Origin: a virus
Reading direction: 5' to 3' (one strand)
Length of the DNA: 64,000 nt
Virus record (IMG/VR): IMGVR_UViG_3300033475_000019
The translations under genes were made by a program, and so were the position numbers. The notes beneath the pieces are model-generated. The model saw nothing but the letters and a program-made list of their open reading frames with translations. It did not search any database and was not told where the DNA came from. Numbering within the stretch: position 1 is the stretch's first letter; each line of letters starts with the position of its first letter. This document shows positions 1 through 9,047 of this stretch, piece by piece.

Positions 1-662
1 TCGTAGAGTTGGCGCCACGCCTTTGTTACGGCGCCGATAGGCCCTCCCACATTGGGGTCCTTGTCTAGCTCCAACAGAGCTGACTTCACGCCATCTGGCG
101 TCTGCGCATGCGCCAGCTCGCGTTGCGAGTTTCCGAGCTCGGACTTCAGCCTGGCCACCTCGCGCTCGGATTTCTCTTGCTGCTTCGTGTAGTCACTCAA
201 GACCGTGAGGCAACGAGACCTATTGCCACCACCAAGTGCAAGCGAACCGATGGCAGCGAAGGCCATGTCATGCGTTACCCGCTCCGCCCCTCCGCTGCCG
301 TGGCTGGGCTCGGAAGCGGCTGGCTCGGTAGCTCCGGCTTCTTCCGCCCGCGCTTCCGGTGGGTCTTTCTGCGCTGGTGAGGCGTGGCGCACGTGTCGCA
401 ATTCGAACTGGAGCATCTCGTAAGCTCTGTGGTGTTCAGGCTTTCTATGGAGCCACTCGTTGAAGTGCTCGATTGCCTTTTCCCAGGCAGCCAGTTCGGC
501 CTCCGCTGCGGTGGCGCGCGACTCCGCGTCGGCCATGGCCAATTGCGACGACTCCAGTTCAGCGTGCGCCGCGTCGATGCTAACGCTGCGCTCCAGCTCG
601 TCACGTTGCGCCAAATACTCCGGCAGCTGCTCGAGAATGCGTAAGCGGCGCTCGGTGGGCAT
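1..662 (-). CDS. hypothetical coiled-coil protein (partial; 3' end lies left of the window)
   Basis: Own translation of the minus strand: ATG at 662-660 (MPTERRLRILEQLPEYLAQRDELER...) stays open to position 1. It is missing from the ORF track because there is no stop in the window. GC-rich third positions; Glu/Ala/Leu-rich helical text. Confidence 0.5.
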   Translation of the reverse strand, partial: MPTERRLRILEQLPEYLAQRDELERSVSIDAAHAELESSQLAMADAESRATAAEAELAAWEKAIEHFNEWLHRKPEHHRAYEMLQFELRHVRHASPAQKDPPEARAEEAGATEPAASEPSHGSGGAERVTHDMAFAAIGSLALGGGNRSRCLTVLSDYTKQQEKSEREVARLKSELGNSQRELAHAQTPDGVKSALLELDKDPNVGGPIGAVTKAWRQLY

Positions 663-694
663 GGCGGAGAGCAACTCTAGAATCTCGGAGTCAG

Positions 695-1315
695 TCACGA
701 GGCCCTCCCGATATACCGCACACCGTTCTTTCCGCGTCTGGCGTAGGCAGTCTCGTTGCCGTCAGGCCAGCCGAAGCGGTTTTTTGCCTCGACCAGCAAC
801 ATGCGCTCGCCTGCCACCTCGACATAAACATTGTTGCAGCGGTTTCTCTGCTGCTCGCTACGGGTTACCCAGCGGCAATTGCCGGGCTCGTAATTGCCGT
901 CGCCGTTGATGCGGTCCAATTGGTGCTCCAAGCTCGGGCGCGGTCCCATGTCAGCTCGGAATTCTGCAAAGTTTCTCCAGCGCTCACAGACGCGGATGCC
1001 GCGACCGCCATAGCGGTGCCACTTGACCGACTTGGGATTGGTGCAGCGCGCAATCATGCCCTGCCAGACGCGATACTCCAGCGAATGGAGACCGCCGTGT
1101 TTCCGGCATAGCTTGCGGCAGCCGCAGCTCTTGGTGTTTCCCGTGACCAATGCATTCCGCGTAACGTGGACTAGAGCGCCACACGAGCATTGGCATGCCC
1201 ACATCAAGCGCCCAGCGGGGTTTCTCAGCGCGGTCTCATGCAAGACTGTGAGGTTGTGGAAGGTGACACCCGGACCAAACTCAATCGGCTCGTCTCGCGT
1301 CGTCTTCTCGGTCAT
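695..1315 (-). CDS. HNH-type endonuclease-like phage protein
   Basis: 206 aa. Cys cluster (CQCSCG...SCGC) followed by EYRVWQGMIARC..YGGRGIRVCERW..DRINGDGNYEPGNCRW..EQ..N. I recognise this motif string from phage proteins usually annotated HNH endonuclease (from memory, not searched). Confidence 0.6.
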   Translation of the reverse strand: MTEKTTRDEPIEFGPGVTFHNLTVLHETALRNPAGRLMWACQCSCGALVHVTRNALVTGNTKSCGCRKLCRKHGGLHSLEYRVWQGMIARCTNPKSVKWHRYGGRGIRVCERWRNFAEFRADMGPRPSLEHQLDRINGDGNYEPGNCRWVTRSEQQRNRCNNVYVEVAGERMLLVEAKNRFGWPDGNETAYARRGKNGVRYIGRAS

Positions 1316-1548
1316 GCCTTCTCGCTGCCTCCCTGCTCACTGATGGACTTCGGCTCGTCACCAATCCCAAGCAGCCCGCACAGCTCCTCTGGCGTCTCTG
1401 CCGACACCAGCGCTTCGTCTCCGTTGTGCGCGTAGTAGGTGTCGCCGTCGATGGTGAAGACTTGGTGACCGGGTTTGCCGGCCCAGAACAGTAGGTCTTT
1501 GAGTGCGGCGTTCTCGGCGGCGAGGTCTTCGTAGGTGGGTTTGCTCAT
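1312..1548 (-). CDS. hypothetical protein
   Basis: ATG at 1548 overlaps the upstream stop by 1 nt (track start 1551 is a GTG one codon earlier). Acidic 78 aa with good GC3. Confidence 0.55.
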   Translation of the reverse strand: MSKPTYEDLAAENAALKDLLFWAGKPGHQVFTIDGDTYYAHNGDEALVSAETPEELCGLLGIGDEPKSISEQGGSEKA

Positions 1549-1763
1549 CACTTCTTCCTCCCCTTCCCCTCAACCCGCCTCGCCTGGCTGAGAAACGTCG
1601 ACTTCAGGACGAACGCGGTCGCGGCTGCCCGGTCGTAGATGTCGGCCTTTCGAAAGTCCTGTGCCTCATCACGAAATTGGCGAAGCTCGCGCTCGTAGGT
1701 AGCGGCCTTGCGCGCGGCCCAGCGAAGGGTCCGGGGGTCGAGGGGTTTGGGTTTGGTGGTCAT
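1548..1763 (-). CDS. hypothetical protein
   Basis: 71 aa basic helical ORF, translationally coupled on both sides. Confidence 0.5.
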   Translation of the reverse strand: MTTKPKPLDPRTLRWAARKAATYERELRQFRDEAQDFRKADIYDRAAATAFVLKSTFLSQARRVEGKGRKK

Positions 1764-2275
1764 TGTCTCGTGCTCCCAAAGTTTCCACGCGCCTTCACAA
1801 GCTCCGCCTTGAGCTGCTCGCGCGTCTTCGGCACGAACCTGCCCGGCTCGTCTTCAGGCCACTCGAACGTCGGCGAGGCGTTGATGTACTCGTACATCCG
1901 GCAGCCAAGTGCGACAGCCAGCGGCGTGCTCTGAACGGGGATGTTTTGCCAAGTGTGGAGGCCGCACCGGACAACGGCTTGGGCTAGCGCATCGCCGGCC
2001 GCTAGCGTCTTTTCGAGCTCCGCGATGCGCGCCTCAAGCTGCTCCCGAGTCGGCTTCGCGGCTTCGACCGCGGCGCGCTCACGCTGGCGACATTCACCGC
2101 AACGCAGGCGCCCGTAGCTGTGCTTATCGCCTGGGTTCGCCGCGTGGATAGCGACGTTGAACAGCTTGCAGCGCGGCTTGCTGATGGGCTTGTCGAGGTA
2201 CTCGCAGCGGCCGCACCACTCGGGGCCGCAGTCGACCTGGATGGTCGTGCCGTCGTCGCCGAGCAGGTCAATCAT
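1760..2275 (-). CDS. Cys-rich hypothetical protein (zinc-ribbon-like N-terminus)
   Basis: 171 aa; CGPEWCGRC and CGEC Cys pairs followed by a coiled-coil segment. Confidence 0.55.
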   Translation of the reverse strand: MIDLLGDDGTTIQVDCGPEWCGRCEYLDKPISKPRCKLFNVAIHAANPGDKHSYGRLRCGECRQRERAAVEAAKPTREQLEARIAELEKTLAAGDALAQAVVRCGLHTWQNIPVQSTPLAVALGCRMYEYINASPTFEWPEDEPGRFVPKTREQLKAELVKARGNFGSTRQ

Positions 2276-2324
2276 TGGAGCCTTCGATTCTCCGAGCGCT
2301 GGGCGCGTTCGCGGGTGGCGCGGG

Positions 2325-3197
2325 TCATGGGCTTGCCTCAGCCAAGTACTCCGCGCGCATCGGCATCCACGCCATGACGCGCTCCCGATCCGCCGCTCGC
2401 TGTCGAGCTCGCCTGACAGCCGGTCCCGCCGCCTCGCTCTGCGGCTCGTAGCTAGCTTCGAGGTAGCGCCGCATGCGCTCGAGGTCCCGCGCGCTGAGTG
2501 GACCCTCTAGCCGCGCCTTGGCCCGCTGAAACTCGCGCTGGCGGATCTCGAATCCGACGTAGCCGCGTCCGAGCAGCCGGCACGCAAGGCCGATCGTTGC
2601 CCGCCCCGCGTAGGGGTCGAATACGGTTTCACCGGGCTCCGTGAACCAGCTCACGAGGTCGAGCGCCTGGTCGAGCGGCTTCTCGGCCTTGTTCTTGTCG
2701 TCGCCGCGCAGGCAGGAGTGCAGGAGGGCTGTCAGATTGCCTGGGCCGTTCCAACGCTTTGCAAGCGGACGTCGTCCGCCTCTGGGACCAACGTACTGGC
2801 GATGCGTAACGAGTAGCGCCTCGAAGCCCTGCGGAGGCCGGTCTCCGCTGAGTTGCGGCATCGACCAGCGCACCCAAGGCATCGTGCGCACATACTCCGC
2901 CCCAGCTGCCTCGCACGCGATCCGCATGTCGTTGACGGACTCGACGTCGCTGTAGACGATCGACCAGCGCTTGACGGATTGAGACCAAATGGCCAGCTTC
3001 TGGCGGTCGGTGTCGGTGAGGCAATCGAAGCCGAGGTCGCGCTTGCGAGTGCCGCCGCCCTTGCTCTGGCTGGTGGCCGACGTGTGCACGTGCGCCGAGA
3101 ACGGCGGATCCGTGATCATGTGGTCGAAGCTGGAAACGCGCTCTGGCGTCGCGAATACCAAAGCGTTGCCGAGCGTGAGCGTGATCTTGGGCGCCAT
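2325..3197 (-). CDS. DNA methyltransferase, beta-class (N6-adenine or N4-cytosine type)
   Basis: Catalytic DPPF motif (MITDPPFSAH) lies N-terminal to the AdoMet-binding motif FDPYAGRATIG. Motif order IV then I is typical of beta-class amino-methyltransferases. Confidence 0.8.
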   Translation of the reverse strand: MAPKITLTLGNALVFATPERVSSFDHMITDPPFSAHVHTSATSQSKGGGTRKRDLGFDCLTDTDRQKLAIWSQSVKRWSIVYSDVESVNDMRIACEAAGAEYVRTMPWVRWSMPQLSGDRPPQGFEALLVTHRQYVGPRGGRRPLAKRWNGPGNLTALLHSCLRGDDKNKAEKPLDQALDLVSWFTEPGETVFDPYAGRATIGLACRLLGRGYVGFEIRQREFQRAKARLEGPLSARDLERMRRYLEASYEPQSEAAGPAVRRARQRAADRERVMAWMPMRAEYLAEASP

Positions 3198-3599
3198 CTA
3201 TTCCGCCGCCTCCGCCCCAACAGCATCCACGAGCACCAGCGCCCGCCCCACCCTGCGTACACCCGCTGCCGTCGGCGTGTACCGCCGGTCTTTGATGGTG
3301 CCCAGCCGCTCGATGAGCCCCAGCTGGTAGAGCTCGCTCGGGGTCGAATTGGTGTCGAAGCGCTCGCCTTGTTCTTGCTGCGCTGATAGCTCCTGCATGC
3401 GACCGATCGAGACGCAGCAGTGATGGAGCGTTTCGTGCAAAACCACGGCCAGCAGGAAAGCGAGCTGTGCCGGCGTGAGGTCGCACAGCTCGCGGCAGGC
3501 CCTCTCCCAACGGCGTCGAGCCGTCAGCGTGCCGGACGTGCGCGGCTTGTTGCTGGGGCGTCCGAAGCGCTCGGCTCCGACGATGTGAGCGGGGCGCAT
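3198..3599 (-). CDS. hypothetical protein
   Basis: Track ORF 3198..3905 has an Arg-rich run-on N-terminus. The internal ATG at 3599 overlaps the upstream TAA (TAATG). 133 aa. Confidence 0.5.
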   Translation of the reverse strand: MRPAHIVGAERFGRPSNKPRTSGTLTARRRWERACRELCDLTPAQLAFLLAVVLHETLHHCCVSIGRMQELSAQQEQGERFDTNSTPSELYQLGLIERLGTIKDRRYTPTAAGVRRVGRALVLVDAVGAEAAE

Positions 3600-3844
3600 T
3601 AGGTGGGCTCCTTGCCAGCTTCGACCGCCGGCTCGGGCTTCGTCTCCATGAGCAGCTTGACCATCAAGGCGCGCACCTCCTCCGCCGTCTTCGGATTGGC
3701 GAGCAGCTTTGCGCCCTGAGTCTGCAACGACGCAAAGAACCGGAAGCACGCATCGCACCTCGCGACGCCTGATGGCTTGTTGTAACCGCAGGCGCAGAGG
3801 TCGCTGGCGACGTGGGGGATGACGGGGGCTTTTTCTTTCGGCAT
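3599..3844 (-). CDS. hypothetical protein
   Basis: 81 aa; CAC...CDAC Cys pairs; coupled to both neighbours. Confidence 0.5.
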   Translation of the reverse strand: MPKEKAPVIPHVASDLCACGYNKPSGVARCDACFRFFASLQTQGAKLLANPKTAEEVRALMVKLLMETKPEPAVEAGKEPT

Positions 3845-4281
3845 CAGTCGGCCTCCATCGAGTACTTAAACTCGCGGCCCGTGTCGTCGCCGATCGGGTT
3901 CGCAAAGCCGAACTTCAGCGCGACTGCCTTGAACATCGGAAGGCCATACTGTGCGTAGCCCTCGGTCTCTTCCGGGTCGGGCTCCTCCAGCACCCACATC
4001 CACATGCGGATCACTTCCGCCATGCAGCCCGCGGAGATACCGCGCTTGTTGAGCGCCTTCTCGAAACCAAACGCTACGTCCTCGCGGAGCTGCTCAAGCA
4101 CCGCTTCGCGCGTCCAAGGCTTGGGCGCGGTTGGCTCTGCGCCATCCCGGAGCTTGAATCCGAAGTCTTCGTAGTTTTCGACGGGGAAGAAGTCGACCAG
4201 GCGCCCGTAGTCACGACCGTCGATCGTCTCCGACTTGCGCCCGCTTCGCACGGTCTCGAGAATTTGTTCTTGTGTCAGCAT
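3844..4281 (-). CDS. hypothetical protein
   Basis: ATG at 4281 (MLTQEQILETV...) overlaps the upstream TGA. The track start 4317 is a non-ATG codon. 145 aa, acidic. Confidence 0.6.
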   Translation of the reverse strand: MLTQEQILETVRSGRKSETIDGRDYGRLVDFFPVENYEDFGFKLRDGAEPTAPKPWTREAVLEQLREDVAFGFEKALNKRGISAGCMAEVIRMWMWVLEEPDPEETEGYAQYGLPMFKAVALKFGFANPIGDDTGREFKYSMEAD

Positions 4282-4826
4282 CAGCGATCCCTTCTTCCAC
4301 CGCGCAACCGCCCCCAATGATTCATCGGGTGCAGCAAGCCAGCGCTCCCCGACTCCTTCACGCGCTCAGCAGCGAGATTCGCCACCAGCACCGCCCGGCG
4401 ACCGGACATCTCGTCGTCGGCCTTTTGGCGCTCGAAGAGCATGAGCTCGTGGGAGAGGTCGGAGCCGCCGCCGTGGGGGCCGGTGCGTTCAGACTGCTGC
4501 TCGATGTTGAATCGGTGGCAGGCCTCCTTCACGTCGACGGGGGCGTCGCTGGCAGGATCGATGCCGCAGAAGGTCCGCTCCTTTCGAGAGACCAGCTCCA
4601 GGTCGTCTTCATAGTGGCTAGTGCCGTCGACGCGGCACACGAACCGACCGCCATGCGCTTCGGGCGTAAACCCGCGCGGGCGAACCTCGGTGATCTTGCC
4701 GACGTGTCCCAACCGGTGAGGGCCATCGCTGCGCTTTAGACGGACCGTATCCCCGACTTGGAACGGCGCATCGCTCGGTGGCTGCCCGATTCCGACCGCT
4801 GGAAAGTGAGTGATGGTGATTGCCAT
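4281..4826 (-). CDS. hypothetical protein
   Basis: Internal ATG at 4826 (MAITITHFPAV...) is preceded by GGAGGAG. The longer track ORF (to 5060) is an Arg-rich run-on. Confidence 0.6.
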   Translation of the reverse strand: MAITITHFPAVGIGQPPSDAPFQVGDTVRLKRSDGPHRLGHVGKITEVRPRGFTPEAHGGRFVCRVDGTSHYEDDLELVSRKERTFCGIDPASDAPVDVKEACHRFNIEQQSERTGPHGGGSDLSHELMLFERQKADDEMSGRRAVLVANLAAERVKESGSAGLLHPMNHWGRLRGGRRDR

Positions 4827-4965
4827 GTTCTCCTCCAAAACTCCGAAGAAGCGGCAGCGACTTTGCTGGGGGAAGCTCGGTCGCTGACCTTCTTCGAAGT
4901 CCAACCGCGAGGGTTGGATCCGAAGGCTCGCCACTGCGTTGCACCCGGCGAGCTGGGCGCGTCTG

Positions 4966-5787
4966 TTAGCCGTTGCTGCCCGGCTCCGGATCGTCATCGA
5001 CGGGCGCCTTGATCTTGCCTGACGCCTTGGCTGTCTCCGGCGCGGACAGCACCTCACCATCAGCCGTCACGAGCGGCGCCGTCGCCGTGAGCGCCGCTTC
5101 GAGCGCAGCCGGCGTGCCCGGCATCAGGGCCGCTGGTGTGCTCACCACCGGCTCGCCGTAGGTGTCGATTGCTTCTTCGGCGGTACCCATGCCCATGCCG
5201 AATTCGGGGCAGTAGAGGTCCGTCCACCACGCGCCGGCGCGGTACATGAACATCTTCTCGGGCATGGTCTTCCACTTGCTGCCCGACTTCGAAACCCAGC
5301 CTTCCGACTTCGCCAGGCCCCAGGTGATGAGCGGCCCTTCGCAGGGGACGCCGGTCCGCAGGTCCTTGGAGTAGGCGCGGCAGCCGTAGTCGTCCGTCCC
5401 GGGCTTGCCTTCCCACTTGAAGCGCAGCGGCTCGAAGCGGCCGGAGGCGTTCACGGTGGCGATCAGGAACTTGGCGCGCAGTCCCGGTCGGCCGTGGATG
5501 ACGTCCATGTTCTGGCAGATCATGAACACGCTGCACCCGATGCGGTTCGCCAGCTCCATGGCGATCATGCAGTTGGGGATGTTGTTCCGGAACGTCTCGG
5601 GCAGCAGCGAGCTAGAGCTCAGCGCCTTGGCCATGCGCTGCGCGACGATGAATGCGCTCTCGCCCGAGAATGCGCTCAAGACGCGCGAGGGCTCACCGCT
5701 GGTCGTCAGCACGTCGTCGACCGGCGCGAGCGCCGCCGCTGGCTCGTTCGCGGGTGTCGGCGCCCCGTTCTTGGGCTCGAGGTTCAT
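4966..5787 (-). CDS. recT: RecT/Red-beta superfamily single-strand annealing protein
   Basis: 273 aa from ATG 5787 (MNLEPKNG...). Central AQRMAKALSSSSLLPETF..NCMIAMELANRIG and C-terminal W..MPEKMFMYRAGAW pattern resemble Bet/RecT. Lies directly downstream of a PD-(D/E)xK exonuclease gene. Confidence 0.75.
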   Translation of the reverse strand: MNLEPKNGAPTPANEPAAALAPVDDVLTTSGEPSRVLSAFSGESAFIVAQRMAKALSSSSLLPETFRNNIPNCMIAMELANRIGCSVFMICQNMDVIHGRPGLRAKFLIATVNASGRFEPLRFKWEGKPGTDDYGCRAYSKDLRTGVPCEGPLITWGLAKSEGWVSKSGSKWKTMPEKMFMYRAGAWWTDLYCPEFGMGMGTAEEAIDTYGEPVVSTPAALMPGTPAALEAALTATAPLVTADGEVLSAPETAKASGKIKAPVDDDPEPGSNG

Positions 5788-5812
5788 TTGTTGGGTCACG
5801 GTCCTTTTCCTT

Positions 5813-6670
5813 TCAGGCCCACGGGGGCAATTCGATCTCTTTGATGCCGACCGGATAGCCCGGCCAAACGTTGTCCCGCACGCAAGTGGCGAGCAGGTCG
5901 ATGTCGGCGCGCGCGGCGCTGTAGCCGCGACCGATCCCATCGGCGTCGAGCGTGTACGTGGCCACCGCGTACGGAGGCAGCTTCTCGCACGCCAGAAACA
6001 CGAAGTACTGCACTGGTATCCCGAGCTCGACCGCTGCGCTGCGATAGAGCGCGTCTTGCACGTGGTACCGCCACTTGGCGATGTCCTTGCGGAAAGCCTC
6101 CCAGCGCGCATCGAGCGTGGACTTGGCGTCCAAGATCATGGCGTGGCCCTCGACGTACCGATCGAGTCGGCTCTTGCACGTCAGGCCCGTCTCGCTGTCG
6201 CGCCACTTCAGGGTCAACTCGCTGACGCCGTCGCGGATCATCTTTCCGGCGAGCGGGTGCTGGCGGACAGCCGCCACCATGCCGGCGATGCAGTTGGCAT
6301 CGAAGGCGTCGAGCGGCTGCTTTCCGGCGTTGGCCGTGCGCCACTCATCGCGGCGTGTCTTGTTGGCCTTCGCGTCTTCCTTGGTGGTCTTGTCGGTCTT
6401 GCGAGTGTCGCCGAAGTCGGGAGCTATTGCGTACTCCGCCGCGAAGCGGTCGGGCTCGAGCAGCGCGCAGTGAAACGCCGCGCCGAATTCGAGAGCCTCG
6501 CTGGACTCTTCGGCATCGGTGCCGTCGAGCCACGCCTTGTAGTGCGCTGGTGAACGGTGGATCTTGTCGAGCGCGGTTTTGCTTACCACCCCGAGCGCAG
6601 GCGCATGGTAGACGGCCGGCGCGACATCGCGGTGGACGCCGTTGGGCAGGTCGAGGATCGAGTCGACCAT
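5813..6670 (-). CDS. PD-(D/E)xK exonuclease (RecE/YqaJ functional analogue)
   Basis: 285 aa from ATG 6670. Motifs SRLDRYV, ILDAKST (D-x-K) and YHVQDALY (QxxxY) are typical of RecB-family/Cas4-like nucleases. Paired with recT. Confidence 0.7.
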   Translation of the reverse strand: MVDSILDLPNGVHRDVAPAVYHAPALGVVSKTALDKIHRSPAHYKAWLDGTDAEESSEALEFGAAFHCALLEPDRFAAEYAIAPDFGDTRKTDKTTKEDAKANKTRRDEWRTANAGKQPLDAFDANCIAGMVAAVRQHPLAGKMIRDGVSELTLKWRDSETGLTCKSRLDRYVEGHAMILDAKSTLDARWEAFRKDIAKWRYHVQDALYRSAAVELGIPVQYFVFLACEKLPPYAVATYTLDADGIGRGYSAARADIDLLATCVRDNVWPGYPVGIKEIELPPWA

Positions 6671-7044
6671 CAGAACGGGATCTCCTCGTCGCCGTGCGAG
6701 TTCCGACGCTTCTGTCGCTCGCGCCACAGAGCTTCGGCCTGGTCGTAAGCCACTCGGGCGTATTGCTCGAGCTCGCTCTTCGCGGTTGATCCGTTGCGAG
6801 CGATTACGCAAAGGCGCGTCGCGACCTGGTCGAGAAATTGCTGACGATCGTTTCGCGCCAGTAGTCGGGCGACGAATACCCGCAACCCAAGGACGGCGTC
6901 GAATTCCCCGCCGCTCAGCTCGCCCAATGTGCGCTCCCACATCATCTCGTAGAAACCGGATGAGTGGCGATCTCGATGGCGCGCCACCTCCGCCTCCAGC
7001 GCTTCGTGGCGGTCTTTGTGAAGTTTCAGCTCCTCAGGCTTCAT
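6670..7044 (-). CDS. hypothetical protein
   Basis: ATG at 7044 (MKPEELKLHKDRHEALE...); 124 aa; the upstream part of the track ORF is an Arg/Gly-rich run-on. Confidence 0.55.
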   Translation of the reverse strand: MKPEELKLHKDRHEALEAEVARHRDRHSSGFYEMMWERTLGELSGGEFDAVLGLRVFVARLLARNDRQQFLDQVATRLCVIARNGSTAKSELEQYARVAYDQAEALWRERQKRRNSHGDEEIPF

Positions 7045-7241
7045 CGCGAGTCCTCCGTCGGCATCGGCAACACCTCTTGCGCTCGCAACCGGCGCTGGGT
7101 CCGCACACCGCGAGCCAGCTGCGCCTGCGCTGCCGTCAGCGCTTCCTCGGTCGGCAGATCCCACGCCGCGACGAAGCGGCCGCCGGTCTGGGCAGCCTGG
7201 ACGCTGGATTCGAGGGCTTCGGTGAGGTCGGTGGCGGCCAT
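7041..7241 (-). CDS. hypothetical protein
   Basis: ATG at 7241 (MAATDLTEALE...); 66 aa; ATGA coupling on both sides. Confidence 0.45.
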   Translation of the reverse strand: MAATDLTEALESSVQAAQTGGRFVAAWDLPTEEALTAAQAQLARGVRTQRRLRAQEVLPMPTEDSR

Positions 7242-7441
7242 CAGCTTTCGCCCCCAATGACGACCATCTCGGCCTCCCAGGCCTCTTCGTAAGCATCCCA
7301 AGCCACCTCAAGCCCCTCCGGCATCTCATCCGGCCCCTTGGGCTCCAGCCCCGCCCTCGCATCCTTCTTCCCCAGCTCGATCGCTTCGGTGATGGCGGTG
7401 GCGAGCTCGGCTTCGGTGACTTGCGGCGTGTGGATGTTCAT
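7241..7441 (-). CDS. hypothetical protein
   Basis: ATG at 7441 (MNIHTPQVTEAELATAI...); 66 aa, acidic. Confidence 0.45.
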   Translation of the reverse strand: MNIHTPQVTEAELATAITEAIELGKKDARAGLEPKGPDEMPEGLEVAWDAYEEAWEAEMVVIGGES

Positions 7442-7890
7442 AGTCCGGCCTCGCGAAGGTCGGCGATCAGCGCGCGCATGCCAGCGTGCCATCCCGCCAT
7501 GTCGATTCCGTATCGCGGGATCTCGCGGTTTAGTTCGTGCTCCTCGGAGTCGTTGACGGTCTCCCAGTCTTCAGATCCCTCGACCAGCAACAGGGCCGCG
7601 CCGACATTGCCCATCCGCAGTTGATCCACGGCCACGAGCGCGTCGGCGTTGTGGTCGCCGAATAGCTTGTAGAACTCGACGTGTGAGACCACCGTCCTGG
7701 ACAAGCCGAGACGCTGAACAGCGACAGCGCCGGCCGCGCACATGGCGCACGGGCCACCGGTGCTGTCCCAGCGGCACCACGATGCCATCTCGATACCGTG
7801 GATACCGGAGCGCTCGATCGCCTCGACGTCGTCCAGCGCCATCTGCGCCAGCTCCGAGAGCTTATGCGGGAGCAAAACTTGGTCAGCCAT
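7438..7890 (-). CDS. hypothetical protein
   Basis: 150 aa; ATG at 7890 overlaps the upstream TGA; good GC3. Confidence 0.6.
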   Translation of the reverse strand: MADQVLLPHKLSELAQMALDDVEAIERSGIHGIEMASWCRWDSTGGPCAMCAAGAVAVQRLGLSRTVVSHVEFYKLFGDHNADALVAVDQLRMGNVGAALLLVEGSEDWETVNDSEEHELNREIPRYGIDMAGWHAGMRALIADLREAGL

Positions 7891-8117
7891 CACGCCGCCT
7901 CCTCCGGCCTCAGATCACTGAGGCTGTTCGTCGCCGTGTACAGATCGCCATCGAGCAGCAGGTCCTCTTCGTCGACCTCTTCCCAGAGCACGCAACTCAG
8001 CGTGTTTTGGCAGGCGCACTCCCAGAGCAGCGCATACATGAACGGGTTGATCATCGGGCGCACGCGGCTGGCGGAGGTGATCGCGACGGGGCGGGAGCAG
8101 CAGTTGCAGGTCTTCAT
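7890..8117 (-). CDS. hypothetical Cys-rich protein
   Basis: 75 aa; CNCC...CAC Cys residues and an acidic tail. Confidence 0.45.
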   Translation of the reverse strand: MKTCNCCSRPVAITSASRVRPMINPFMYALLWECACQNTLSCVLWEEVDEEDLLLDGDLYTATNSLSDLRPEEAA

Positions 8118-8746
8118 CGTGAGGCTCGCTGGTGGCTGTCCCTAGTGGTCAGTGCCGCAATCGCAAGCAAGAACTGGGCGAAGGCCGGCGGGGTCTTTCG
8201 GCGCTGCTGCGCGCTGCAAACCTTGATCCCGGTTGGCACGCTGCCGCCGCCCTTGTTGTTCCGGTTGCCTGAACACCAGTGCGTGGGCGCCCTGCCCGGA
8301 TAGGGGCGAGCGTCGTACAGGCGCGCGACTTCGAGCCAGTCCGCACCTACGATGTAAAGCCAAGTCGGCTTGCGCGCGACGTGGCCCCATTCGACTTGCT
8401 CGCACGAGATCGAAAAGCTGCCATGCGCGTCCGTCTCGCTGTACTGCATAGTACCGGGCTTGTGACGCGGGTACGGCTTGGGCAGTCCGGCCAGATCCCA
8501 GAACATCGATTCGGCCGGGTGCTCGAGAACGCCGCCAAACGCGCGCACTTGCTCGAGAGCTCGCGGCGCGCAGTCGTGCTCGGTGCCGCGGTAGTTGTGG
8601 CGCTGCTTTGAGTAGGGGCCGCAGGGCGGATGAGCCACGACCGGCGCCGGGCCCGCGTACAAGCGAGCGTCGCGCGTCACGTCCCAAGCCTCGCAGAGCT
8701 TCGGATACGGGCCGTGGGGATCGGTGTAGAGGGCTACGGGTTGCAT
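8114..8746 (-). CDS. cytosine-C5 DNA-methyltransferase-like protein (atypical; no recognisable motif I)
   Basis: 210 aa from ATG 8746. AHPPCGPYS resembles motif IV (PC), VLEHPAESMFW resembles motif VI (ENV), ARKPTWLYIVG resembles motif VIII, and RRKTPPAFAQFLL resembles the C-terminal MTase pattern. No FxGxG was seen. Confidence 0.5.
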   Translation of the reverse strand: MQPVALYTDPHGPYPKLCEAWDVTRDARLYAGPAPVVAHPPCGPYSKQRHNYRGTEHDCAPRALEQVRAFGGVLEHPAESMFWDLAGLPKPYPRHKPGTMQYSETDAHGSFSISCEQVEWGHVARKPTWLYIVGADWLEVARLYDARPYPGRAPTHWCSGNRNNKGGGSVPTGIKVCSAQQRRKTPPAFAQFLLAIAALTTRDSHQRASR

Positions 8747-8771
8747 GTTTTCAAGCTCACTTGTCACGGTG

Positions 8772-9047
8772 TCAGGCGCTCTTGCGCGCCTTCTCGATGA
8801 AGTGCTGGATGACCTGCAGGCGCGTCTCGAAGCCCACGAGCGGCTTGTTGCCGTTCGGCTTCTTGCCGATATTGATTGCCGCAGATCGCCATTCCTTGTC
8901 GCCCCACCCGCGCACCAGATCCGCAATCATCCACCCGTCGCTCTCCGGCGTGAGGCCGAGTAGCGAGACGAGCTCGGTAATGTGGCGGGTGAGCGCGGCG
9001 ACTTTCTCGCGGCGCTTCTGTTGCTCCCAGGGGTTGCGGGCAGGCAT
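8772..9047 (-). CDS. hypothetical protein
   Basis: 91 aa ORF with an ATG start; good GC3. Confidence 0.55.
   Translation of the reverse strand: MPARNPWEQQKRREKVAALTRHITELVSLLGLTPESDGWMIADLVRGWGDKEWRSAAINIGKKPNGNKPLVGFETRLQVIQHFIEKARKSA

Noticed and set aside
3600-3905. Long N-terminal extensions of many track ORFs (for example 3198..3905, 4281..5060, 4966..6111, 5813..6940, 6670..7362, 8114..8926, 18722..20251)
   Set aside because: The extensions are Arg/Pro/Gly-rich and overlap the upstream gene. They begin at non-ATG codons allowed by the ORF caller. Internal ATG/GTG starts that overlap the upstream stop fit the coupling pattern seen across the operon.
4901-4917. Hairpin CCAACC-gcgag-GGTTGG in the gap downstream of recT as a terminator
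   Set aside because: There is no T-tract on the transcribed (minus) strand. It may be an RNA stability or processing element, but the evidence is too thin.
5405-6553. 382-aa plus-strand ORF opposite recT and the exonuclease gene
   Set aside because: Antisense to two motif-supported genes, with no motifs of its own.
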